From the NCBI GenBank assembly GCA_963765585.1, contig CAVXXB010000008.1:271532-335531 (forward strand): a stretch of DNA of 64,000 nt. The letters are read 5' to 3'. Shown piece after piece: positions 10,186 through 19,920 of the stretch. The position numbers were made by a program, and so were the translations under genes. This stretch comes from Calditrichia bacterium (GTDB lineage Bacteria; Calditrichota; Calditrichia; JAJRVZ01). Under the pieces are notes generated by a model. It did not search any database, was not told where the DNA came from, and worked only from the letters and a program-made list of their open reading frames with translations. Position 1 is the stretch's first letter, and every line of letters begins with the position of its first letter.

Positions 10186-10761
10186 TTAATTACTGAGATA
10201 CTTCTCGATAAAATATTCATGAATTGTTGTGTCGCTTGTCAGTTCCGGATGAAATGTACAAACCAGTATTTTGCTATTACTCGCCATGACGATATCATCT
10301 TTATGTCTGCCGATCACATTCACATCCATCCCTATCGATTCAATTTTTGGTGCTCTTATAAATACTCCGGGGAAAGATTTCTTTTTACCGTTTATATCAA
10401 GCGAGACATCATCCATAAAGGATTCTTTTTGCCGGCCATATGCATTCCGGGATACTGATATATCAATCAAGCCAAGAGTGTTGGTATCCAAATGGTCGGC
10501 ATCTTTTGCCAGGACAATAAGGCCCGCACACGTACCGAAGATTGGCCTTGTTTCCGCATAAGTAAGAAGATTCTGAAATAAATTAAAGCGATTGATAATT
10601 TTTAAAAATGTACTTGATTCACCACCAGGAATAATGAGTGCATCGGATTGCCATAATTGTTCGTTTGTTCGTACTTCAAGTGCATTGTGGCCGATTTTTG
10701 TGACAATCTCAATATGCTTTGCAAAGCCGCCCTGAAGAGCAAGAATACCAATATTTTTCAA
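10186..10761 (-). CDS. pdxT: Pyridoxal 5'-phosphate synthase glutaminase subunit PdxT
   Basis: IGILALQGGF, GTCAGLI, FHPE class-I amidotransferase triad. Abuts pdxS. Confidence 0.92.
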   Translation of the reverse strand: MKNIGILALQGGFAKHIEIVTKIGHNALEVRTNEQLWQSDALIIPGGESSTFLKIINRFNLFQNLLTYAETRPIFGTCAGLIVLAKDADHLDTNTLGLIDISVSRNAYGRQKESFMDDVSLDINGKKKSFPGVFIRAPKIESIGMDVNVIGRHKDDIVMASNSKILVCTFHPELTSDTTIHEYFIEKYLSN

Positions 10762-11643
10762 TCACCAACCCCGGTTCTGCATCAGTTCTTCTTCAGGAAT
10801 GGACTTTATATCCAGCCCAGCCATGGCATCGCCTAATTTTTCACTGGCTTTGGCAACGATATCCGCATCTTTATAATGTGTTGTGGCTGTTACAATGGCT
10901 TTTGCTCTTTGCGCAGGGTCACTGGATTTAAATATTCCGGAGCCGACAAATACAGTTTCCGCACCCAATTGCATCATCAGGGATGCATCTGCCGGTGTCG
11001 CGATGCCACCGGCTGCAAAATTCGGAACCGGCAATTTACCATTTTCTTTAACATATTTTATTAAATCCAATGAGCTGCCCGTATTCTTAGCATATGCGAC
11101 CATCTCATCATCTCCCAGCGTACCAATCCGGCCAATTTCTTTTTGAACCATGCGCATATGACGCACAGCTTCAACAATATTCCCGGATCCGGCCTCCCCT
11201 TTTGTTCTGATCAGTGCCGCACCTTCAGAAATTCTGCGCAATGCTTCACCAATTTCACGACAGCCGCAAACAAAAGGTATCTTAAAATCATGTTTCCAAA
11301 TATGATTTTCTTCATCAGCCGGTGTAAGAACTTCACTTTCATCTATAAAATCTATACCTAAGGACTCCAGAACCTGTGCCTCTGCAAAATGACCAATCCG
11401 GCATTTTGCCATTACCGGAACCGAAACCGCTTTTTGAATATCTAGTATCATTTTGGGATTCGACATCCTGGCTACACCGCCATCCGCTCTGATATCAGCA
11501 GGAATTCGCTCCAGCGCCATTACAGCGACAGCGCCGGAATCTTCTGCGATCTTTGCCTGTTCAGGGTTTGTCACATCCATTATGACGCCACCTTTTAGCA
11601 TTTCTGCCAAACCTACTTTTAATAAAAAATCTTTATCTAACAT
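10762..11643 (-). CDS. pdxS: Pyridoxal 5'-phosphate synthase lyase subunit PdxS
   Basis: [37 protein letters not shown] chose the ATG at 11643, preceded by AAGGAG, rather than the ORF maximum at 11700. Confidence 0.92.
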   Translation of the reverse strand: MLDKDFLLKVGLAEMLKGGVIMDVTNPEQAKIAEDSGAVAVMALERIPADIRADGGVARMSNPKMILDIQKAVSVPVMAKCRIGHFAEAQVLESLGIDFIDESEVLTPADEENHIWKHDFKIPFVCGCREIGEALRRISEGAALIRTKGEAGSGNIVEAVRHMRMVQKEIGRIGTLGDDEMVAYAKNTGSSLDLIKYVKENGKLPVPNFAAGGIATPADASLMMQLGAETVFVGSGIFKSSDPAQRAKAIVTATTHYKDADIVAKASEKLGDAMAGLDIKSIPEEELMQNRGW

Positions 11644-11929
11644 CTTAATCTCCTTGAATTCATAGCCTTCAAATTTAGTATGATGACTGCCTAAAATCAA
11701 TAAGGTAAGAACAGGTCATATTGAATGAGATATCATATTGGATAAGAGGCTGAGGGGAAAAAAGGATAATAGAAAACTTTACAGCTTAACATTCTGCAGA
11801 AATTATGTAAAACTGGGATATCAACCATCTTTGAAGATTATATATGTAGCATCGGTTTTATTTTATCTTGGGAGCCTTTTTTATCCTATTATTCTATTTT
11901 CCTTTTATCCCGTTCTCCTCTTTTCCCAT

Positions 11930-12937
11930 TTACTCCTGCAAACGCTGTCTAATTTCATCTATCGTTGCGGGAATGGTTCGGATAAACCCATGAATAAACA
12001 AACTGCTCAGCCCGTTATAACCCAAGGGGCCGCCAAAAAACAAGTTTTTAACACCCTGAACCGCACCAAATTTATCAACAAGAGGAAATTTTGTTCTTTT
12101 ATGAATTTCCAGACCCGGTAAATTGATATGAGAGAGAACCGGGCGATAACCGGTTGCACAGATGACATACTGAGTTTCCAATGATTCCTCATTGAAAAAG
12201 AGTGTATTTCCCTCAATTCTTTTAATATTTGCATTGGGAATATATCTGATCAATTCCATTGAAATTAACTCCAATAACAGGCTTTCTGAAATACCGCGAA
12301 TATGGCATAGATTTTTTGTATCACTAAAAAATTTAAGTTCGCCACGTGTAATCAAATATACCTGCGAATATCCAACCAGTTCAATTGCCAATTCGGCAGC
12401 ACTATTTCCACCGCCTATAATAATTACCCGTGATGATCTGAATGGTATATCGTTCTGATAATCATGGGAATGATGCACGATTGGATTATTACGCATTCCA
12501 GGTATTTTAGGTATATATGGATTGCCAAAAAATCCGGTCGTATTTAGCAGTGCGCGGGATTTAAAGACTATTTTATCAGTTTTGATAATAAAATGATCAT
12601 CAGAATCTTTTTCGATACTAATAACGCATTGGTTCTTTTGAAGATTCAAATTGAAATGATCAGTGTATTCATCAAGATAACGGACAAATTCATGAGCTGT
12701 GCAATAAGGGCGTTTGACATCAAGTTTCCAAATGGGAAAACTTGGCGAAATGCTGGTCCAGTCTCTTTGTGGATGGTCTGGTGAAAGCATTGGCATATCC
12801 GGACGAATTTCTCTCCATGCATTTGCCACTTCACCCTTTTCAAGGATGAGATAATTTAATCCGCTTCTGGCGGCTTCCTCCCCGGCTCTCAAACCGGCAG
12901 GCCCGCTTCCTATTATTAATAGATCAACTTCTTGCAT
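11930..12937 (-). CDS. FAD/NAD(P)-binding oxidoreductase (flavin monooxygenase / pyridine nucleotide-disulfide oxidoreductase-like)
   Basis: Two dinucleotide-binding motifs: LLIIGSGPAGL and VIIIGGGNSAAE. Confidence 0.7.
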   Translation of the reverse strand: MQEVDLLIIGSGPAGLRAGEEAARSGLNYLILEKGEVANAWREIRPDMPMLSPDHPQRDWTSISPSFPIWKLDVKRPYCTAHEFVRYLDEYTDHFNLNLQKNQCVISIEKDSDDHFIIKTDKIVFKSRALLNTTGFFGNPYIPKIPGMRNNPIVHHSHDYQNDIPFRSSRVIIIGGGNSAAELAIELVGYSQVYLITRGELKFFSDTKNLCHIRGISESLLLELISMELIRYIPNANIKRIEGNTLFFNEESLETQYVICATGYRPVLSHINLPGLEIHKRTKFPLVDKFGAVQGVKNLFFGGPLGYNGLSSLFIHGFIRTIPATIDEIRQRLQE

Positions 12938-12939
12938 CT

Positions 12940-13875
12940 TTAACCACCAATAAAAACATAGTTTGTTTCCAGATATTCCATTACTGACTTAACGATATCC
13001 CGCCCTACCCGCTCTTGTGATTCACTGGTTGCACCACCAATATGCGGTGTGCACAAAATCTTTTCGTGGTCGATCAGGCTAAAATCACTTGGGGGTTCGT
13101 TTGCATGCACATCAATGGCAGCAGCAGCAATCATATTTTGGTTCAGTGCCTTTAAAAGATCTGATTCCCTTACAATCCCGCCTCTGGCACAATTAATCAG
13201 GCAGGCGGTTGCTTTCATTTTTTTTAAATCACTAATCGTGATCAAATTCTCAGTTTGTGCGGTTTTTGGAATATGCAACGAAATAAAATCTGATTTTTCC
13301 AGTAAAAAACCACGATCTACCAGTTCAAATTCGTATCCGGGCGATTTTGTGACCGGTGATTGTTTATTTACAAAAATCTTCATGCCAATTCCGGAGGCTA
13401 TTTTTCCAACTTCCTGGCCAATTTTGCCAAAACCGATCAGACCAAGGGTTTTTCCCAATAATTCTGTACCGGAAAGCGAAGATTTCTCCCAACGATGTTC
13501 TTTGAGAGACGTAACGGCTTTATGCATTTTTCGCGCAAGGCCAAATAGCATAGCGATTACCAGTTCTGCTACCGCGCGCGAATTGCTGCCAGGCGTATTG
13601 AGCACATCTATGCCACTCTGTTCCGCAGTTGTCACATCAATATTATCCAATCCAGATCCAGCGCGCCCTATTACTTTCAGATTTTTACCCGCGGCAATTA
13701 TTTCTTTGGTAACCTGTGTGGCACTCCGAACTATGAGCGCATGATAGTTTGGTATAATTTTAATCAATTCGGCATTGCTCAAATCCAGATGAATATCCGC
13801 ACTATAATTTTTATTCTCTAAGAACAGATTCACAGCAGAATCCGGTAATTTATCACTAATCAGGATCTTGTACAT
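12940..13875 (-). CDS. D-isomer-specific 2-hydroxyacid dehydrogenase (short D-3-phosphoglycerate dehydrogenase-like)
   Basis: GLIGFGKIGQEVG NAD motif, NCARGG, TPHIGGAT catalytic His region. Confidence 0.8.
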   Translation of the reverse strand: MYKILISDKLPDSAVNLFLENKNYSADIHLDLSNAELIKIIPNYHALIVRSATQVTKEIIAAGKNLKVIGRAGSGLDNIDVTTAEQSGIDVLNTPGSNSRAVAELVIAMLFGLARKMHKAVTSLKEHRWEKSSLSGTELLGKTLGLIGFGKIGQEVGKIASGIGMKIFVNKQSPVTKSPGYEFELVDRGFLLEKSDFISLHIPKTAQTENLITISDLKKMKATACLINCARGGIVRESDLLKALNQNMIAAAAIDVHANEPPSDFSLIDHEKILCTPHIGGATSESQERVGRDIVKSVMEYLETNYVFIGG

Positions 13876-13878
13876 GTA

Positions 13879-14460
13879 CTATACGTTAAAATTTATATTT
13901 GTAAACATTTCATGAATTTCTTTTCTGCCTTTGTGTGATTTCGCGGAATACATAAGAATGGTGACAACTACAAGTTCGGATTTAATCTGTTTCAATCGGG
14001 TATTAAGAAGATTATTTGAGAGTTTATCACATTTAGTTAGAACAACCACGAATGGAATACCCGCCCCTGTCAGCCAATTGATCATTCGGCGATCAATATC
14101 CATCAATTCATGACGGCTGTCAATCAGCAAATATACCCATTTTAATTCTGAATTATCCACCAGATACCTGGCTAATAATTGTTCCCATTTTTTTGAAATG
14201 CTCTTTGATACTTTTGAAAATCCGTATCCCGGCAGGTCGACAAGATAAAAACTGTCATTAACCAAAAAATAATTAATTAACTGAGTTTTTCCAGGGGTTG
14301 AACTGGTCTTTGCCAGATGTTTCTGATTAAATATTGAATTAATCATTGAAGATTTCCCTACGTTGGATCTACCAACCATTGCAATTTCAGGTAGAACGGT
14401 AGCAGGTTTTTGCGTTACATCTGACAAACTTTTTACAAAATCAACTTTGGGAATCCTCAT
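13879..14460 (-). CDS. engB: Ribosome-biogenesis GTPase EngB/YihA/YsxC
   Basis: GRSNVGKSSMIN (G1), DLPGYG (G3), TKCDK (G4). Confidence 0.9.
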   Translation of the reverse strand: MRIPKVDFVKSLSDVTQKPATVLPEIAMVGRSNVGKSSMINSIFNQKHLAKTSSTPGKTQLINYFLVNDSFYLVDLPGYGFSKVSKSISKKWEQLLARYLVDNSELKWVYLLIDSRHELMDIDRRMINWLTGAGIPFVVVLTKCDKLSNNLLNTRLKQIKSELVVVTILMYSAKSHKGRKEIHEMFTNINFNV

Positions 14461-14792
14461 TTAGCTTTTGCGATTACCTTGTCGAGTTTCGATTCAATCA
14501 TGGCTTTGGCTACCGCGCCTATCATCTGGTCTACTATTTGGCCATCGTTGAATATCAATAATGTGGGGATAGATCTGATCCCGAACTTCATTGCTGTTTC
14601 CGGATTGTTATCCACATCCACTTTGGCAACTTTAAGCGTACCTTCCCTTTCCTCAGCCAACTCCTCTACAATTGGTGCAATCATGCGGCAAGGTGCACAC
14701 CAGACAGCCCAAAAATCAACCAATACCGGTACATCTGATTTTAATACATCATTTTCAAACGACGCATCAGTCACTTCAATATATTTTCCCAT
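14457..14792 (-). CDS. trxA: Thioredoxin
   Basis: VLVDFWAVWCAPCRMIAP. The active site reads WCAPC rather than WCGPC. Overlaps engB by 4 nt. Confidence 0.9.
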   Translation of the reverse strand: MGKYIEVTDASFENDVLKSDVPVLVDFWAVWCAPCRMIAPIVEELAEEREGTLKVAKVDVDNNPETAMKFGIRSIPTLLIFNDGQIVDQMIGAVAKAMIESKLDKVIAKAK

Positions 14793-14899
14793 TTAATCCT
14801 CCGGGTTCAAAAGATTGAAATTTATATCAAATTATAGATATGAAATATAAGGTGAAGAACTGAAAGGTACAATACTCAGTAAAATGAAATTAAAAAATT

Positions 14900-15349
14900 T
14901 TACTCGGTTTCACCGAGACGAACAATCTCAATTATCACGTCCGCAACGCCATCATTAATCATTTCTATTTCTTTGGCGGCACCATAGGACAGATCTAATA
15001 TTCGTCCTGATATAAAAGGCCCGCGATCATTTACATGTACCAATACCGATTTATTGTTCTTTGTGTTTGTCACTTTAATAAGCGTCATAAATGGCATTTC
15101 ACGGTGGGCCGCTGACAATTTATACATGTCGAATATTTCGCCATTGGCCGTTTTTCTACCATGAAATTTTTTACCGTAATATGAGGATTTGCCGGATATT
15201 TTTTGTCCGGTATAAAAATTACTATTTGGTGAGCTGGATTGTTTCTGCTGCTGATAATTTGGGGTAGGATTTGTGGAAAATCGTTTTGTTGAGGAACAAC
15301 TCATAAACAATATTGAAAACAGAATCCAGACTTTAAATATATTAATCAT
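14900..15349 (-). CDS. rlpA: RlpA-family septal-ring lytic transglycosylase lipoprotein (DPBB domain)
   Basis: YYGKKFHGRKTANGE...VHVNDRGPF. Start set at MINIFKVWILFSILFMSC (lipobox). Confidence 0.8.
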   Translation of the reverse strand: MINIFKVWILFSILFMSCSSTKRFSTNPTPNYQQQKQSSSPNSNFYTGQKISGKSSYYGKKFHGRKTANGEIFDMYKLSAAHREMPFMTLIKVTNTKNNKSVLVHVNDRGPFISGRILDLSYGAAKEIEMINDGVADVIIEIVRLGETE

Positions 15350-17309
15350 CTTCCTTGGCTGTGTCTTCCATTTCTTCTGATTTTTCAGCATTCGAATTAT
15401 TTATTATTTCCTGGTCAAACCTTTCCCGGTCAAGACGTTTATTATCTTCCGTAGATTTAATGGTTGCCGAGGAATCCTGTAAAATTTCTTCAATATTTTG
15501 TTCAGCTATGGTGCTGTCGGCCTGGGCCAGGGAATCTGCTACAGGTGGTTTTTCTACAGGAGGCGGTTTAATCTTATTTTGAGCAATCTTTGCATACTCC
15601 GTATTTGGATATTCCGTCACAATCAATTCATATGCACTTATGGCTGCATTCACACTGTCAAGCCGGTTTTCATAGGTCCAGGCAATGGCATACCGTGATT
15701 TCTCTGCCCAAATACTGCCGGAGTCATCTTCGGCAATAAGTAAAAATGACTCTAATGCATCATCATAATTATTATTAGACAGATCCTGTTCAGCCTGTAG
15801 AAAGATTTCTTTATAGTCATCATCAGTCGTACTTTCTTCCAGTACTTTTTTACCATCTTGCTCGAGCAAATAAATAGCGTATGGAGAATCGGGATATTTT
15901 GTTAATATTTCATTATTTATTTCCCGGGCTTTAACTGAATCGGCAAAGTGGAACTTATATATATAGGCAAGTGAATACATTGCTTTTGGTGTCAAAATAG
16001 AATCCTGGACCGTTTCCGCAAAATCAGAATATGAAGCGAGTGCACTATCATAATTTTGCATTGTTAGCAGAAAATATTCTGCCAATAAGAATTTATTTTT
16101 TGTCAGAGATGCCAGAATTTGAGATTCGGATCTAAGCTTGGGCGTCGCTTTTTTCGCTGCAGTCTGCTCTACTTCGGTGGAATCTGTTACTTCCTTCGTC
16201 GTATCCATATTTTGCAAAGTATACAATTCTTCCCGGTCTACTCTAATATTGGATTTTAAAGCCAGATATTGAGTAATGAGCGCTGCCCGGACACCAGCCT
16301 GCTTGATATATTGAGCATTGCGATCTTCTTGCTTCACGCGTTCATATAGATTTTTTGCAGAATCCAGATCTGCATATTCAGTTTCCATGATCTGGGCAAG
16401 CCCATATGCTGCATTTGCCGAGCCGGCAGTCCTTGGATAGGTATTTAGAACATACTGGTATTGATCTGCAGCATCCTCGTAGTCATCTTCAAGTCTGAAA
16501 CAATCGCCAAGTCGTGCTTCGATTAAAGAGATTTTACTTGTATAACGAACATTCCTTTGCATATCATACAAAACACTGATAGCCGCTTCAGGGTCCTCCA
16601 TTTTTAGCATGGCCGCAATCTTTTGCATTTGAATCTCAAAAGCAAATTCATCAGAAATATCATAACCCGTAGCATCTTCATAGTAATCAATTGCTTCATC
16701 ATATTCCTCACTCTCCTGAAGAATTTCTCCGATAGCAAAAAGCGATCTGGCTGCCAGGATTTCATCACCGGTAAAAGTTACGCATTTCTGATAATTTTCA
16801 ATGGCAGTTTTTGATACTCCATTTTTTTGTTCTAATTCACCGAGACTAAACCAGGCAATGGCGATAAAATCATCATCACTATCATCAGCAATGATTTTAT
16901 TCAGGTTATTACGTGCTTCATCTTCAATATCCAAATTGATTTGGGCGCGCCCCAACCAAAGGTATCCTTCAAGTATCAGATCACTATCAGGATATTTTAA
17001 GGTAAATTGCTTAATAAACCGTTCGGCTTTCACAAAGTCTTCCATTTGAAAATAACATTTTCCAATTAGCAGAAGTGCATCATCAGCATAGCTATTTTCT
17101 TCACCATAGATATTGATCAATTTCCAACATTTATCTATGACAGTATTATAATCCGTCTTGATATCATTTGTAACTACACGTTCGGCACTTGATTCCAGTT
17201 TTTTGTTTGCTTGCTCGAAGCGGTCCTCCGCATTAAACATGGTATTGTAATAAGCACAACCGGATAGAATAACCAGGAGCCATGTAAAATATATTCGTTT
17301 TCTTTTCAT
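15342..17309 (-). CDS. TPR-repeat lipoprotein with an acidic C-terminal tail
   Basis: Multiple TPR-like A..Y....G/A repeats. Start set at MKRKRIYFTWLLVILSGC (lipobox); the ORF maximum is 17372. Confidence 0.65.
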   Translation of the reverse strand: MKRKRIYFTWLLVILSGCAYYNTMFNAEDRFEQANKKLESSAERVVTNDIKTDYNTVIDKCWKLINIYGEENSYADDALLLIGKCYFQMEDFVKAERFIKQFTLKYPDSDLILEGYLWLGRAQINLDIEDEARNNLNKIIADDSDDDFIAIAWFSLGELEQKNGVSKTAIENYQKCVTFTGDEILAARSLFAIGEILQESEEYDEAIDYYEDATGYDISDEFAFEIQMQKIAAMLKMEDPEAAISVLYDMQRNVRYTSKISLIEARLGDCFRLEDDYEDAADQYQYVLNTYPRTAGSANAAYGLAQIMETEYADLDSAKNLYERVKQEDRNAQYIKQAGVRAALITQYLALKSNIRVDREELYTLQNMDTTKEVTDSTEVEQTAAKKATPKLRSESQILASLTKNKFLLAEYFLLTMQNYDSALASYSDFAETVQDSILTPKAMYSLAYIYKFHFADSVKAREINNEILTKYPDSPYAIYLLEQDGKKVLEESTTDDDYKEIFLQAEQDLSNNNYDDALESFLLIAEDDSGSIWAEKSRYAIAWTYENRLDSVNAAISAYELIVTEYPNTEYAKIAQNKIKPPPVEKPPVADSLAQADSTIAEQNIEEILQDSSATIKSTEDNKRLDRERFDQEIINNSNAEKSEEMEDTAKEDD

Positions 17310-17395
17310 ATGATTTCTATAATTCGAAGGTCTTTTGGCACGTTTAACGCACGATAGAAAGAAGGGTTTCATTTGTCTGAGAAGAAAAATATTTC

Positions 17396-18139
17396 TTATC
17401 GATTCATATTAAATAATTTATCAAAGATAATTGCCAATCTGGGCAATATTTTACCGGACTGTCCGCGAACAGATTCATCCATATGGGGAGATAAAGGGGT
17501 ATCTTCTTCGTTAAGTTCAACCATATATGCACCGTTTGCCTTTGCCAGATAGGGTAAGGATGCCGCCGGTTCTACCAATCCTGAAGTACCAATAGAAAAG
17601 AATACTTCACACATGGCACTGGCTGCCTGTGCCTCCTGCAAAATAGTTCCATCCAAAGATTCACCAAATAGTACTACATCGGGACGCAAATACCCGCCAC
17701 ATTTACTACAAGTAATAACTGTTGCATCCTGCCTGGTAGCATCAAACATTTCGTTACATTTTGAGCACTTATTTCTTTGCAAATTTCCATGTAGTTCTAT
17801 AAGATTCTCCGAGCCAGCAACACGATGCAAATTATCCACATTCTGGGTAATTACCGTAAATTCATCAAAATGTCTGGCCATATCAACCAGCGCGAAATGT
17901 CCCAGATTGGGTTTAACATTTTTCATGTTTTCCCGACGCCAATTATAGAATCCCCAAAATTCTTTTGGATTAGTGTTAAATGCATCTATATGAGCCAGAT
18001 CCTCAAATTTTTTATTGTTCCAGAGACCATCCTTGCCTCTGAATGTTGGTACCCCGCTTTCCGCTGAAATTCCTGCACCCGTTAAAACAGTTACCGAAGA
18101 TGCTCCTCTTACACGTTTTAATAGTTTTTCAGTAAACAT
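17396..18139 (-). CDS. cobB: NAD-dependent protein deacylase, Sir2 family
   Basis: GAGISAESGVPTFRG, TQNVDNLH, zinc cysteines CSKC...CSKCGG. Confidence 0.9.
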   Translation of the reverse strand: MFTEKLLKRVRGASSVTVLTGAGISAESGVPTFRGKDGLWNNKKFEDLAHIDAFNTNPKEFWGFYNWRRENMKNVKPNLGHFALVDMARHFDEFTVITQNVDNLHRVAGSENLIELHGNLQRNKCSKCNEMFDATRQDATVITCSKCGGYLRPDVVLFGESLDGTILQEAQAASAMCEVFFSIGTSGLVEPAASLPYLAKANGAYMVELNEEDTPLSPHMDESVRGQSGKILPRLAIIFDKLFNMNR

Positions 18140-18294
18140 TTTTCCTCAATGTATTAAACTTCTTAATAATTTTTAATTTCACATTTCGCATTTCTAATTT
18201 CGGTAGAGTAAAAAATAACCACAGAGGACACAGAGTAAATTATTAATATTATTTATGTTAATGCTATTTCTAATCATCTCCCCTCTGTGATCTC

Positions 18295-18411
18295 TTATAA
18301 GATAACTCTCTTTATTCCTTCTTTTAATTTGTCAACATTAAAATTGATCAACAATCCGACTTTTAGATTTTCTGCTCTCAGGTAAGTTAGCACCTGGGCA
18401 ATATGAATATT
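18295..18411 (-). pseudogene. Relic of the C-terminal end of a GxxExxY-family (PD-(D/E)XK-like) protein
   Basis: Translates NIHIAQVLTYLRAENLKVGLLINFNVDKLKEGIKRVIL*, preceded by an in-frame TAG. The LLINFN...LK.GI.R tail is the family signature. CACAGAG-type words flank it. Confidence 0.45.
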
Positions 18412-18649
18412 CTAACAGACCTGGCCCAGGTAATGAGTGAACTTTCCCGATAAATCGGGACACATGAAATTATTTTTTCAGTAATATCTCTTAAAGGATA
18501 TTCTTTTAGAGTTCTCAGAGTTTCCCTCTGAGGATTCTGCCTGTCCCGTAAAGACTGGCGCAGCCAGGCTGGTACGGGATGGTTTCATATTTTAATCCTG
18601 TTTTTCATTTTTTCATAGAACTTTTGACATTACCCTAATTTCTAAATAA

Positions 18650-18667
18650 TTATCCTGTTATCCTGTC
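18650..18667. repeat. Solitary copy of the TTATCCTGTTATCCTGTC terminus
   Basis: Exact match to the terminus motif. No partner within 1 kb. Confidence 0.6.
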
Positions 18668-18941
18668 TAATTTAAAAATTAGTCTTCTGCCAATGCCAAT
18701 ACCGTTAAGAATTTACTGATAATTATAAAAACCGGGATCAAAACAGGCATAAAAACGACCGAATTTGCTTCTGAGAGCCTGTTTAAGCAAGTAATCTCAT
18801 CACAGGCATCATCTTATACATAATCGTCAAAACAGAACGCTTCATTAACCTACAGGTGCACAATTGAGAATCTTTTATCGTTCAATATCTTCCGGATTAT
18901 GGCAAATACAAACTGGTTTAAATTAAGGATTTAAATTACTT

Positions 18942-19091
18942 ATGTCCACTATTCGTTTCTCTACCAGTCAGCAGTCACAAATCGATCCATACCGGTTTCC
19001 CGGATTTATTAATGGCAGGATAGATGAAGTACGTATTTATAATAAAGCGCTCACCCAGAAAGAAATCCAAGAATTAATGTTGGTAAATTAA
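18942..19091 (+). pseudogene. Relic of a LamG/concanavalin-like domain C-terminus
   Basis: 49 codons ending FPGFINGRIDEVRIYNKALTQKEIQEL, the classic LamG terminal strand motif. An in-frame stop lies 6 codons upstream of the ATG, and no domain body is present. Confidence 0.45.
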
Positions 19092-19093
19092 TT

Positions 19094-19867
19094 TTACCTG
19101 TCAATATCATTTAAGCGCCAGTCATATTCATAAAAATTTACATCGTAATTGCGCCAATCTTTATTTACCGGCCGTTTGAGGTATAGAGATATATAGTCCA
19201 GCAAAATAGGTTCTTCAATTCCTTTTTCATTTTTTAACCAGGTTAAAAAGTCATCCTCATACCAGTCAAATATGGAACTCAGATAAATTGCCTGATTTTT
19301 CTCATCCACATAAAAATTTGTGGTATCATTTATAAAAGTAATCGTCATTTCATTTAACTGGTTTTCTAATTCACTGTGAACATATGCAAACGGTGCAATG
19401 GGCGGACAACTGGCAGATGCACAATTTATTGCAAAATGTATACGCGGATCCCTAAATCTTTCCCGGATAATATCATGTTCAAGCGATTTAAAAGAAATTT
19501 CCTCTCCACCAATTAGATTCTTTGTCAGCCAGACCGTAAAACCGATAAAGTTAATATCCTTAATGCTTTCAACCGGGTAATTTTCAATAATAATTTTAAG
19601 GATAAATGCATTGTAGGCATTTATCCAATATGAGAGTTGAAGATCTTTGGCAGGAAATTCTGAAGGATGTGAATCCGGAGATTTTTTACCGAGTGATTGT
19701 GTAAATTTTAATAATATATCCTTATCAGCAATGAGACCCTGATAATCAACGTTTTTTAGTTTTACATGCTTTACGAGCAATTGATGGTATTCGGAATAAT
19801 CAACACTCTGAGCAGGAAGAGCGGTTGCTACGATTAAAATGACAAATATGGAAATAATTAGGCGCAT
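19094..19867 (-). CDS. DUF547-domain secreted protein
   Basis: Signal peptide. YWINAYNAFILKIIIENYP and INCASASCPP resemble the DUF547 core. Confidence 0.6.
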   Translation of the reverse strand: MRLIISIFVILIVATALPAQSVDYSEYHQLLVKHVKLKNVDYQGLIADKDILLKFTQSLGKKSPDSHPSEFPAKDLQLSYWINAYNAFILKIIIENYPVESIKDINFIGFTVWLTKNLIGGEEISFKSLEHDIIRERFRDPRIHFAINCASASCPPIAPFAYVHSELENQLNEMTITFINDTTNFYVDEKNQAIYLSSIFDWYEDDFLTWLKNEKGIEEPILLDYISLYLKRPVNKDWRNYDVNFYEYDWRLNDIDR

Positions 19868-19920
19868 GTTTGAATCCCTTTTTTAATAAACTAAAACAAT
19901 ATACGCTTAATCATCTGAAA

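Noticed and set aside
11738-12121. 127-aa plus-strand ORF upstream of and overlapping the FAD oxidoreductase gene
   Set aside because: It has low-complexity, Leu/Phe/Tyr-rich composition and overlaps the well-supported minus-strand gene by ~190 nt. It shows no motif and looks like an AT-rich shadow ORF.
13049-13744. 231-aa plus-strand ORF
   Set aside because: It lies entirely antisense to the 2-hydroxyacid dehydrogenase gene, which has clear NAD-binding and catalytic motifs. Ser/Pro/Ala-rich shadow translation is typical of antisense frames.
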